NCBI GenBank assembly: GCA_902609285.1
Contig: CACLRL010000001.1
Coordinates: 15,636-79,635, forward strand
Direction: 5' to 3'
Source: an uncultured Candidatus Actinomarina sp.
GTDB taxonomy: Bacteria; Actinomycetota; Acidimicrobiia; Actinomarinales; Actinomarinaceae
Length of the DNA: 64,000 bases
How positions within the stretch are numbered: the stretch's first letter is position 1; every line of letters starts with the position of its first letter. Made by a program: the position numbers and the translations under genes. Positions 25,832-33,537 of the stretch are shown one piece after another. Below the pieces are notes generated by a model. That model was given only the letters and a program-made list of their open reading frames with translations, did not search any database and was not told the origin of the DNA.

Positions 25832-27411
25832 CGCGGTACGACTACAAGTTGACCCTCTGAGATATTTCCTATTATTTCAACAAAGCCCTCAGTAAATACG
25901 CCTATTTCAACAGCAATATAGCTAGTATCTACTCCAGATTCTCCTTCAAATGTTCCATTGTCAACCTCTCCATCATAAACTTCCAATGCATATCCACCTT
26001 CTGCCAAAGCAAGAAGAGCATTAACAGGAACATAAAGAACATTTTCAGAAATCTCTGTTGTCACAAATACTTTTACTGGAGCTTGATCATAAGCTTCAAT
26101 CTCTTCTGGGTTAAGAACTTCTAGAGTAACTTCTATAAATTCTCCTGCCTGAGTTTGTGTTACAACCTGGTCAATAAATGTAATAACTGTTGGGACTCTT
26201 TCATCGGTAGGAAGTTCTATTTCAACACTGTCACCAAGTGAAACTGTTTCCTGGTCGGTAGCATCAACTTGAAAGACAACCTCAATTCCAATAGAAGAAA
26301 TGTTGTACAGTGGTGAATTTAGTACGACTGCAGAACCAACGTCGTTAATATAAGAACCTACAATTATTGGTGTTTTTGACGCATACGCGTTTGTTGGGCT
26401 AAAGGTTTCTGACTTTGAGGCAAGTTCTAACTCTTCAAGTTCTTCTTTTGCTTTTGCTAATTCAGCTGCTTGATCAACTCCTTCGTTGTAGCTTTCTAAG
26501 GTATCATCATATGCTTTTTGAGCTGTTTCAATAGCTAATGCTTCTGTGGCATCAATTCCTGATTCTTTGCCTTTTTCTAAATCTTTAATTCTTTTTTGTT
26601 TCTCAATCTCTTGCTGTAGATCTTCTATTTCAGAGTCTCTAGTGCCATTTGCAATTTTTTCTTTTGTTTCAGGAATCGTATCGTCTTGAAGTAAGGTAAT
26701 GCTTTGTTCAGCATTTTCAATAGCGGTATCAGCTGCTTTCCAAGCTGCACTTTCTTCCGTAGCAGCATCTTTTGCATCATCTAGCTTTTTCTTTTTGTCG
26801 TTGACTTGCGCCAAAGTAGTTCCACCATCTGAGATTGTCTCTTCAATATTTTCTACTTCAGTCTTTTTTAAATTGATAGCAACCTGTTCTGCTGGTGTAA
26901 TTTCAGATTTTGTATCAATTTTGTAATCAACATAAAGTACATTAAGCATATTTGAGGTAGTTTCATCAAAAGTTTCATCAGGTACAAAGTCTTCTGCTGC
27001 ATATCCTAAAAACACAAGTGCTTTCTCAAGTTGTAAAACATCAGGACCTGCATCAGAATTTAAATCAAGAGTTCTATAAAAAGGTGTCGCTCCTTCAACT
27101 AAAATTACAGGTTTATTGTCTACAGCAAATAAGACCTCTCCAAAATTAATAATGGTTCCTTCTTTGGGAATTAAGGTTATAACTCCTGACATAGGTGAGT
27201 TGAGCACTTTACTATTAGTCTGTCTTAAGGTTCCGTTGTACTCTTCCTTCTTTGCTAAGTCACCTTTTTGTATAGGAACAGTAGTAAGCTCTAAAGTTTT
27301 ATTACTTGAGGATGTCTCTGTGTTCTGAGTACCAAAATAGTAGCCACCGTAACCAAGTGCCAGCACCACTATTAAAATGTACAGGTTTTTTAATTTAAAA
27401 ATATTTTTCAT
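25828..27411 (-). CDS. membrane-anchored HlyD/MacA-like adaptor with peptidoglycan-binding domain and long coiled coil
   Basis: N-terminal TM, a barrel-sandwich segment (GVITLIPKEGTIINFGEVLF) and a PG_binding_1-like GPDVLQLEKALVFLGY. It also has about 200 aa of K/E/A-rich coiled coil and a C-terminal beta-barrel. It overlaps the ATPase gene by 4 nt. Confidence 0.7.
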   Translation of the reverse strand: MKNIFKLKNLYILIVVLALGYGGYYFGTQNTETSSSNKTLELTTVPIQKGDLAKKEEYNGTLRQTNSKVLNSPMSGVITLIPKEGTIINFGEVLFAVDNKPVILVEGATPFYRTLDLNSDAGPDVLQLEKALVFLGYAAEDFVPDETFDETTSNMLNVLYVDYKIDTKSEITPAEQVAINLKKTEVENIEETISDGGTTLAQVNDKKKKLDDAKDAATEESAAWKAADTAIENAEQSITLLQDDTIPETKEKIANGTRDSEIEDLQQEIEKQKRIKDLEKGKESGIDATEALAIETAQKAYDDTLESYNEGVDQAAELAKAKEELEELELASKSETFSPTNAYASKTPIIVGSYINDVGSAVVLNSPLYNISSIGIEVVFQVDATDQETVSLGDSVEIELPTDERVPTVITFIDQVVTQTQAGEFIEVTLEVLNPEEIEAYDQAPVKVFVTTEISENVLYVPVNALLALAEGGYALEVYDGEVDNGTFEGESGVDTSYIAVEIGVFTEGFVEIIGNISEGQLVVVPR

Positions 27412-27477
27412 CGTTGTTCCAATTAGTGTAGTTTATTAATCCTATGTGTATTCTGAGAAGTTTTTTCACTTAGTTTT

Positions 27478-28077
27478 TTATGCATCCCACTCCTCATCTT
27501 TTAACTCTTCTGGTAATTTGTCCTCACATGCCTGCCATGTCTGAACTAATGGATCATCTTCTCTCAACTCCCAATCTTCATCAATATAAGCATCTAATCT
27601 GACTTCTCTATTGAAATAATCTGGGTCTGGAACTTTAGGATAACCACTTTCTCTAAAACACTTCGCCATAAATAATGATCTATCAATTTCTTTGGATACT
27701 TCTGCTGGATCTTCAAATTGATTTTCATCTGCTACACCCCATAAATTATATTTCAAGGCACACTCCTCAATTATGCCCCAGAGTTCTTCGGCTTCCTGTT
27801 CGGTTATTGTTTCAAAATATGATGCAATCGTGGTGTATAGGTCTATAAAGTTCTTTGGTTCTTTAAATTTATACCCTGATTCATTAACACATTGAACAAG
27901 GACTAAAGGTGCATCCTCATCTGAGATTTCTTCACGTTCATCTACTAGCTCAACACCTAGAGCAATTGCCTCTTTCCCCTTATCGGTGTCTGCAACAGAG
28001 ACAACAGATTGCTCGTCTTGTTGGAAAAAAGAACATGCTGTTAAAAAAATGAGTATTACTGAAGCTTTTTTATACAT
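27478..28077 (-). CDS. acidic 4-Cys lipoprotein paralog P2
   Basis: The start is taken at internal MYKKASVILIFLTACSFF (lipobox LTAC). It has an SVVS motif, VQCVNESGY...C and AKCFRESGYPKVPDP...C. The ORF-track start at 28203 would overlap P3. Confidence 0.65.
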   Translation of the reverse strand: MYKKASVILIFLTACSFFQQDEQSVVSVADTDKGKEAIALGVELVDEREEISDEDAPLVLVQCVNESGYKFKEPKNFIDLYTTIASYFETITEQEAEELWGIIEECALKYNLWGVADENQFEDPAEVSKEIDRSLFMAKCFRESGYPKVPDPDYFNREVRLDAYIDEDWELREDDPLVQTWQACEDKLPEELKDEEWDA

Positions 28078-28102
28078 AGCAAAATTATAAATAATCTTAG
28101 TC

Positions 28103-28693
28103 TTATCCTCCACCTTGTTGTGGTGGTTCAAGTCCAAGTTCGTCAAAGCACTCTCCAGCAGTTTGTCTAATTTGATCTTCAAGGTATTGTCCAGATTGCA
28201 CAAGGCTTATAAGAATAGATCTGAGAGGTCTCTCAGCATTTGGGTCTTCAACCTCTATCCCTTTTTCTCGCAAGCATTGTGCAAGTTCCAACTCAGTGTC
28301 TAATGTATCAGCAACTTCTTCAGGATTCTCAAAGTCTGCTGTGCCACCTAGTGGAATATTATTTTCGTCAGCACATGTTTGAATTGTCTCAAAAAGTTCC
28401 TCTCTCTCTTTTTGATCAGCAGCTAAAAATACTGGACGTAAAACACTTTGTAAGCTTTCATCATTTTTAGGATCTGTAATATCATATCTATTCTCTCTTA
28501 AGCATCTAGCAAGTAAAAGCTGCGCATCTTCTACTGAAACGACCTCTTGAACGACTTCCTCTGCAATTGTTGTAACTGTTGTATCGCTTGATAAATCATT
28601 CGTAGAAACAACTCCTTGTGATTCATCTGATGAGGAGCACGCCAATAAAAAAATAAATAAAAGTATTAAGAGAGTGTTTGAATATTTTTTCAT
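28103..28693 (-). CDS. acidic 4-Cys lipoprotein paralog P3
   Basis: MKKYSNTLLILLFIFLLACSS lipobox, a GVVS motif, ARCLRENRYDITDP...C and AQCLREKGIEVEDP...C. Confidence 0.7.
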   Translation of the reverse strand: MKKYSNTLLILLFIFLLACSSSDESQGVVSTNDLSSDTTVTTIAEEVVQEVVSVEDAQLLLARCLRENRYDITDPKNDESLQSVLRPVFLAADQKEREELFETIQTCADENNIPLGGTADFENPEEVADTLDTELELAQCLREKGIEVEDPNAERPLRSILISLVQSGQYLEDQIRQTAGECFDELGLEPPQQGGG

Positions 28694-28718
28694 TTTTTTA
28701 ATTATACAAATTTAATTC

Positions 28719-29207
28719 TTATTTTTGCCAACCACATTCTTGTAGCAACGGCATAATATCATCTCTAGATTCCTTGAGCCCACTTAAATCAACCTTGGGT
28801 TCTTGCTGGATTGGATCAGGAACGTTTAAGCCCTTTTCTCTTAAGCATTTAGCTAATTCAAGGTTTTCATCATATACTTTGGCAAGCTCTTCTGGATTCA
28901 AGGAAGATGAATCCGACCAGAGATCATATTTGCTTATACAAAAATCAACATCTTCACTTAACTGTGACTCTTCTTTTTTATTTTTGGTTAATTGGCTAAT
29001 TGTTGATTTTAAATCTTGTATATCAAACGGAGTTGCAATGTTATATCCCATTTCTTCGTTTAAGCAATTCGCTAAAACTATTGGATAATCTTCTTCATTT
29101 ATAATTTCGGTTGTTGTTGTGTTTTCAAAAATTGAAACAACCCCACTTTCTGAGCTACTACAAATATTAAAAAATAAAATAAAAAAAAGTATGTTTGTTT
29201 TTTTCAT
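28719..29207 (-). CDS. acidic 4-Cys lipoprotein paralog P4
   Basis: MKKTNILFFILFFNICSS lipobox, a GVVS motif, ANCLNEEMGY...C and AKCLREKGLNVPDP...C. Confidence 0.7.
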   Translation of the reverse strand: MKKTNILFFILFFNICSSSESGVVSIFENTTTTEIINEEDYPIVLANCLNEEMGYNIATPFDIQDLKSTISQLTKNKKEESQLSEDVDFCISKYDLWSDSSSLNPEELAKVYDENLELAKCLREKGLNVPDPIQQEPKVDLSGLKESRDDIMPLLQECGWQK

Positions 29208-29240
29208 ATTTATTTATTAATAATAATAATTACTTACTTG

Positions 29241-29672
29241 TCAAAAATTTAATTTTTTTTTGAGTTCATCAGTTATTCGAGTTGGTTTCATCGTTATTTG
29301 ATCTGTATAAACATGGACGGCCTCGCAAGAGCTTACTAAATCACCTGAATTTTTATTAAACATTCCCATTATCCAAGTCATACTTGTATTACCAATATTT
29401 TTAATTTTTGTTCCTATCTCAATTGTATCTTCAAAATAAAGTGGTTTATGATACTGAACTAAAACTTGTATTGTGTGAAAGTCTTTTTTTGTTTGTTCAA
29501 TATCTTTAAAATAGTCATAATTTACATGCTTGAAATAAGCAGTAATCGCTTGGTCAAAAAAAGCAACATGATTTGCATTGTGCATTACTCCCTGAGGGTC
29601 AAGTTCGTAATATCTTACTGTTGCCTCCCAGAATACTTTAAAATCTTCTCTAGATAATTCTATTTTTGACAT
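29241..29672 (-). CDS. hotdog-fold acyl-CoA thioesterase (YbgC/4HBT family)
   Basis: VRYYELDPQGVMHNANHVAFFDQA matches the YbgC-type active-site region. It abuts pfp with no spacer. Confidence 0.75.
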   Translation of the reverse strand: MSKIELSREDFKVFWEATVRYYELDPQGVMHNANHVAFFDQAITAYFKHVNYDYFKDIEQTKKDFHTIQVLVQYHKPLYFEDTIEIGTKIKNIGNTSMTWIMGMFNKNSGDLVSSCEAVHVYTDQITMKPTRITDELKKKLNF

Positions 29673-30875
29673 TTATACGAATATTTGTGTTTTGGGCTCT
29701 ATACCTCCAGTGAGAGGCATTGCGTACTCAAAAAAATCATTGGTCACATATGGTTTGTTTTTTTCTAGATATTCTTCAGGCATATTTTTTGTATGTTTTG
29801 CAACTTTATGTAACTCAACAACATCTACATCACAATAGTAAGTTTCTGAAAACTGTCTTCTTAGAATAATTGATCCACTTTGTTTTTCTTTTGAAGCAAT
29901 AACTGCATGCTTTCCAACCCTCTCAGCTTCTTCAGCATCTACTTCTGAAACATCGGCAAGAAAAGATCTCTGAAGATAACCAAACGTATCTGCTCTTACT
30001 CTTGCTCCGTCAATATGTTCTGAGACAATATTTGTAAGTGTGTCTCCTAAGGCACCCGAACCTGAGAGCTGAATGTTTCCATGGCTATCTTTTTTTCCTG
30101 CAAGTCCAGAATCTGTCTCGCTTGCGTATGTTTGGAGAAAGTACTCACCATCTTTATTGTGAATGCCTTCGGATACAGCAACTACACACCTTCCTAATGA
30201 GTCGTAAACTTCTTTTACATCCTTTAAAAATTCATCTAAATTAAATACTTTTTCTGGAACATAAACTAAGTGTGGACCATCTTCTTCGGTTGATTTTCCT
30301 AAGGTGCTGGCAGCGGTAAGCCATCCTGCATGCCTACCCATTAAAACATTGATTTTTATTCCTCTAAGGCTCCTGTTGTCAGCATCATCACCTTGAAATG
30401 CATGAGCAACAAATCGTGCTGCTGAACCATAGCCTGGACAATGATCCGTTTCCAAGAGGTCATTATCTATAGTTTTAGGAACATGAAAAGCTTTAATTTC
30501 ATATCCTATTTTTTTAGCACCCTCAGATACAAGATTTGCAGTTTCTGCAGAATCATTTCCGCCGATGTAGAAAAAATATCTTATGTTTTGTTTCTCAAAA
30601 ATTGAAACTAATTGCTCAATATCATTCTCAGTTGGTTTTTTTCTTATCGAGCCTAAAGCAGCTGCGGGTGTTTTCGATATTCCATAAAGTTGAGACTCTG
30701 AAAGTTTAGATAAATCAACAAAATCCTCCTTTAACATCCCTTCCAGTCCGTGTCTTGCTCCAAGTATTTCATCGTATTCCTGATTAATAGCCTCTTTTAT
30801 AAAACCAACTAATGACTTATTAATTACAGCTGTCGGACCACCTGATTGACCAATTACCGCTTTGCCAACAGGCAT
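29673..30875 (-). CDS. pfp: 6-phosphofructokinase, PPi-dependent-type signature
   Basis: GQSGGPTAVIN, IGGNDS (Asp at the position that is Gly in ATP-PFKs), PKTIDNDL (Lys instead of Gly) and MGRHAGW. Confidence 0.8.
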   Translation of the reverse strand: MPVGKAVIGQSGGPTAVINKSLVGFIKEAINQEYDEILGARHGLEGMLKEDFVDLSKLSESQLYGISKTPAAALGSIRKKPTENDIEQLVSIFEKQNIRYFFYIGGNDSAETANLVSEGAKKIGYEIKAFHVPKTIDNDLLETDHCPGYGSAARFVAHAFQGDDADNRSLRGIKINVLMGRHAGWLTAASTLGKSTEEDGPHLVYVPEKVFNLDEFLKDVKEVYDSLGRCVVAVSEGIHNKDGEYFLQTYASETDSGLAGKKDSHGNIQLSGSGALGDTLTNIVSEHIDGARVRADTFGYLQRSFLADVSEVDAEEAERVGKHAVIASKEKQSGSIILRRQFSETYYCDVDVVELHKVAKHTKNMPEEYLEKNKPYVTNDFFEYAMPLTGGIEPKTQIFV

Positions 30876-30878
30876 TTC

Positions 30879-31787
30879 TTAGCTCCCGTTTTGATATACA
30901 GAGATAAAATTTAAATATGAATTGGCTATTTCTGATACGGCTTCTTCTCTTGATTTTTCATTTTCATGCCATCCTTTAATAGAGTTCCAAAATATAGACC
31001 TACCTATCGCAAAACCACTATATCCATCAACAGATGCTCCGGCCCTCAACCACTCATTAACTTTTTCGTCATTTGCACCCCTACCAAGAACAACGGCTAT
31101 TACGTCGTCTTTGCCACCATCTTTGATTGCAGACGAGACTTTTTCACAATCTTCTTTTGTGTCTAATCCTTCTATCTTCCAAATGTCAGGATCTGCTCCT
31201 TTTTCTCTCATCTCTTCAACAACCTGAACTGCTAGTTTTGGCCTTATTTCTGAATCATATCTTGATTGGTCTCCGTCTACACTTGACAATTGCTCTTCAG
31301 TTGCAGGGACTAGGAATTCTAACAAAAATTTTCTTTCATTTTCTTCAAGCCAATCAGATAATGTTTTTATTCTTTTACCTTGAACTTCTCTAGTTTCTTC
31401 ATCGTCATTTGGGTTCCATCTGACTAAAATTTTTACAAAATCAGCATTAACTTCTTTTATCTTTTCTCCAAATTCATCACCATACTCAAAATCAAATACT
31501 TTTTGACCTGATTTCTCAACAGGGGCTGCAAACTTTACACCCATTTCTTTTGCTTTTTGTTGCACTTGTAATCCGAAAGTCTCGTCTACAAGTATTGCGG
31601 GTTCTCCTGTCCCAATACCTGTTTCTTTAGCTTCTATAAATCCATCAAAAATAACATCTTTCATTGAAGACACCCTTGATGCCTCATCTTCGTTAGGCGG
31701 TCTTCCTTCTACACCTAAAAGGCCTTTTGTTAAAGTTCCTCTGTGGTCAAATGCAAGTATGTAGAGCTCATTAGAATAACCCTTCAT
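30879..31787 (-). CDS. DUF2090-type class I aldolase-like TIM-barrel protein (5-dehydro-2-deoxyphosphogluconate aldolase family)
   Basis: LAFDHRGT, PDIWKIEG and GFAIGRSIFW blocks resemble the DUF2090 domain found fused to IolC kinases (recognition from memory). Confidence 0.6.
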   Translation of the reverse strand: MKGYSNELYILAFDHRGTLTKGLLGVEGRPPNEDEASRVSSMKDVIFDGFIEAKETGIGTGEPAILVDETFGLQVQQKAKEMGVKFAAPVEKSGQKVFDFEYGDEFGEKIKEVNADFVKILVRWNPNDDEETREVQGKRIKTLSDWLEENERKFLLEFLVPATEEQLSSVDGDQSRYDSEIRPKLAVQVVEEMREKGADPDIWKIEGLDTKEDCEKVSSAIKDGGKDDVIAVVLGRGANDEKVNEWLRAGASVDGYSGFAIGRSIFWNSIKGWHENEKSREEAVSEIANSYLNFISVYQNGS

Positions 31788-31801
31788 GATAATTTATCTC
31801 C

Positions 31802-32773
31802 TTAACTTTGTACTTTACTTTTATCCCTTCTGGTAATAACTATGTACGCTGTCAAGATTATCACAATTATTGTTGCAATGATGATGTTTTGAGTAGTGTC
31901 TGAACTGCCAAGATCACTGTCTAGATATTTTGCTTTATATATCAATCCAGGATCACCATTTGACTTTGTTGTTTCTGATAAAACATTTATTAAATCAACA
32001 GTGTTGACTCCCCAGTTGTTAGCTAAATTTTCATCTAAAAAATAAACATTGTCATTTGCTATAGCTTTAATGTTTTCCCAACCTTGTCGTGTTGAAAGAT
32101 CTTTATTTAAATAATCCGAATGGCCAATGACTATTAAGTCTGGATCACCAGCTAAAACCTGTTCTTCTTCAAGAACTGGATAGCCAGAACCATAAGGGTC
32201 TTCAATTGTGTTTGCTATATTATCAACACCTAAAAGATTGTAAATTTCACCTATAAAAGAATTTTCGTTAACGGAATAAATACCATAGGTGTATCCAATT
32301 TCGTGGTAAACGGACAATGGTGTACCAATCGAGTTTGCAATAATATCATCAATATCAGATTTCATCTCACTAACTAGTGAACTTGCCTGGTCTGATTTAT
32401 TTATTATTGACCCCACAGTTTCAATTTGAGAGTAAACATCATCAAGAGTTTGTGCTGGGGGTAGAAGGACATACTCTATATCTAGATTTTCAAGTCCTTC
32501 TACTATTCCGTTGAAATCAAATGCAACAAGAACAATATCTGGATCTAATATCAGCAATTCATCTGCTGTAACTGTATAGGCATCGATTTTCTCAATTGGT
32601 AGTTCGGTTTCAGAGAACGAATCTACACCAACTAGTAGATTTTCTCCTTCAAGCATTTGAATAATTTCAGTATGGGTAGTTGATAAGGAGACAATATTTT
32701 TGTCTTCAGCTACATCAGAGCCCCCTGAACACATTGAAATTAACATGGCAAGAAGTAATATTTTTGTTTTCAT
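31802..32773 (-). CDS. BtuF/FecB-type periplasmic-binding-protein-fold substrate-binding protein with signal peptide and C-terminal TM anchor
   Basis: The ATG at 32773 is preceded by AAGGAA, and the N-terminus reads MKTKILLLAMLISMCSGG. It has a cluster-A SBP-like fold and a C-terminal IIIATIIVIILTAYIVITRRDK. It lies directly downstream of a cobalamin riboswitch. Confidence 0.7.
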   Translation of the reverse strand: MKTKILLLAMLISMCSGGSDVAEDKNIVSLSTTHTEIIQMLEGENLLVGVDSFSETELPIEKIDAYTVTADELLILDPDIVLVAFDFNGIVEGLENLDIEYVLLPPAQTLDDVYSQIETVGSIINKSDQASSLVSEMKSDIDDIIANSIGTPLSVYHEIGYTYGIYSVNENSFIGEIYNLLGVDNIANTIEDPYGSGYPVLEEEQVLAGDPDLIVIGHSDYLNKDLSTRQGWENIKAIANDNVYFLDENLANNWGVNTVDLINVLSETTKSNGDPGLIYKAKYLDSDLGSSDTTQNIIIATIIVIILTAYIVITRRDKSKVQS

Positions 32774-32799
32774 ATTTTCCTTTCTCACCACGAGAAAAA

Positions 32800-32945
32800 G
32801 TAAGATACTCCATTCCTTCTCTCGAGGATTGTTGTCTAAAAAGTAAGAAAGGCGACCTGACTTATCCGAAGAATCACAGTTGCGGGACAGTGCTAGATTT
32901 TCACTAGCTTCGCTTTTTTACTTTATTTGTTTTAAAAAGAGTAGC
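32800..32945 (-). promoter_or_regulatory. cobalamin riboswitch (short, possibly AdoCbl-variant class)
   Basis: The minus strand reads ...GCTAGTGAAAATCTAGCACTGTCCCGCAACTGTGA...AAGTCAGGTCGCC..., matching the GUGAAAAUC / CCCGCAACUGU core and a B12-box-like AGUCAGG..GCC. Downstream CCTTTCTT can pair with the SD GAGAAAGG. Confidence 0.7.
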
Positions 32946-32958
32946 ACCAAAAAGAAGA

Positions 32959-33537
32959 TTATGTATCGTCCTTTGGAAAGTTTTTAAATGTTTCAGTTAG
33001 GGTTTCTTCTTCTATATCTCTCGGCACGTCGGGCCTTGGCATTTCTGGAGGAATAAAAGAGTCTTTTGTGTCTTTTTCTTTTCTAAATTTTCCTATTGTT
33101 TTTGAAAAAGACATCATTGCGGTTTCAGTATTTTCTTTATTTTTTTCTCTGGGCTTTTGATTTGGATCAGTATAAGATTCTTCTAAAACAATAACCTCAA
33201 TTCCACCAACTAAGTCAGATATAAGATTGTAAAAAAATGCTCCAAGGGTGGTTATTGCCGTCTGTGTTAAAAGATAGACAGTTGCAAAAAATAAAACACT
33301 TGAAAAGAGGACTTCTACATTTCCAACCAACGAAGCGTTGTCGTCTAACAAGGCTAGCCTTCTAGCAATTTCTTCAAGACCTTGAGGAACTCCTGCGTTC
33401 ACAAGCAATACCCATAAAATTGAAAATCCTAAAACAATCGTTAGAGAAATTATAAAATTAAAAACAAATGAGACCTTTAATACAGTCCATGGATCTACTT
33501 TTCTGATAATTCTTCTTACTCTATTAACTCTTACCAT
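32959..33537 (-). CDS. DUF3566 transmembrane protein (conserved gyrA-downstream gene of Actinobacteria)
   Basis: N-terminal RKVDPWTVLKVSF motif plus two TM helices. Its start overlaps the gyrA stop (TAATG). Confidence 0.65.
   Translation of the reverse strand: MVRVNRVRRIIRKVDPWTVLKVSFVFNFIISLTIVLGFSILWVLLVNAGVPQGLEEIARRLALLDDNASLVGNVEVLFSSVLFFATVYLLTQTAITTLGAFFYNLISDLVGGIEVIVLEESYTDPNQKPREKNKENTETAMMSFSKTIGKFRKEKDTKDSFIPPEMPRPDVPRDIEEETLTETFKNFPKDDT

Noticed and set aside
32680-32907. 75-aa plus-strand ORF in the btuF-like upstream region.
   Set aside because: It overlaps the minus-strand cobalamin riboswitch and the signal-peptide coding region of the SBP. There is no SD or motif, so it is an artefact of the structured leader.
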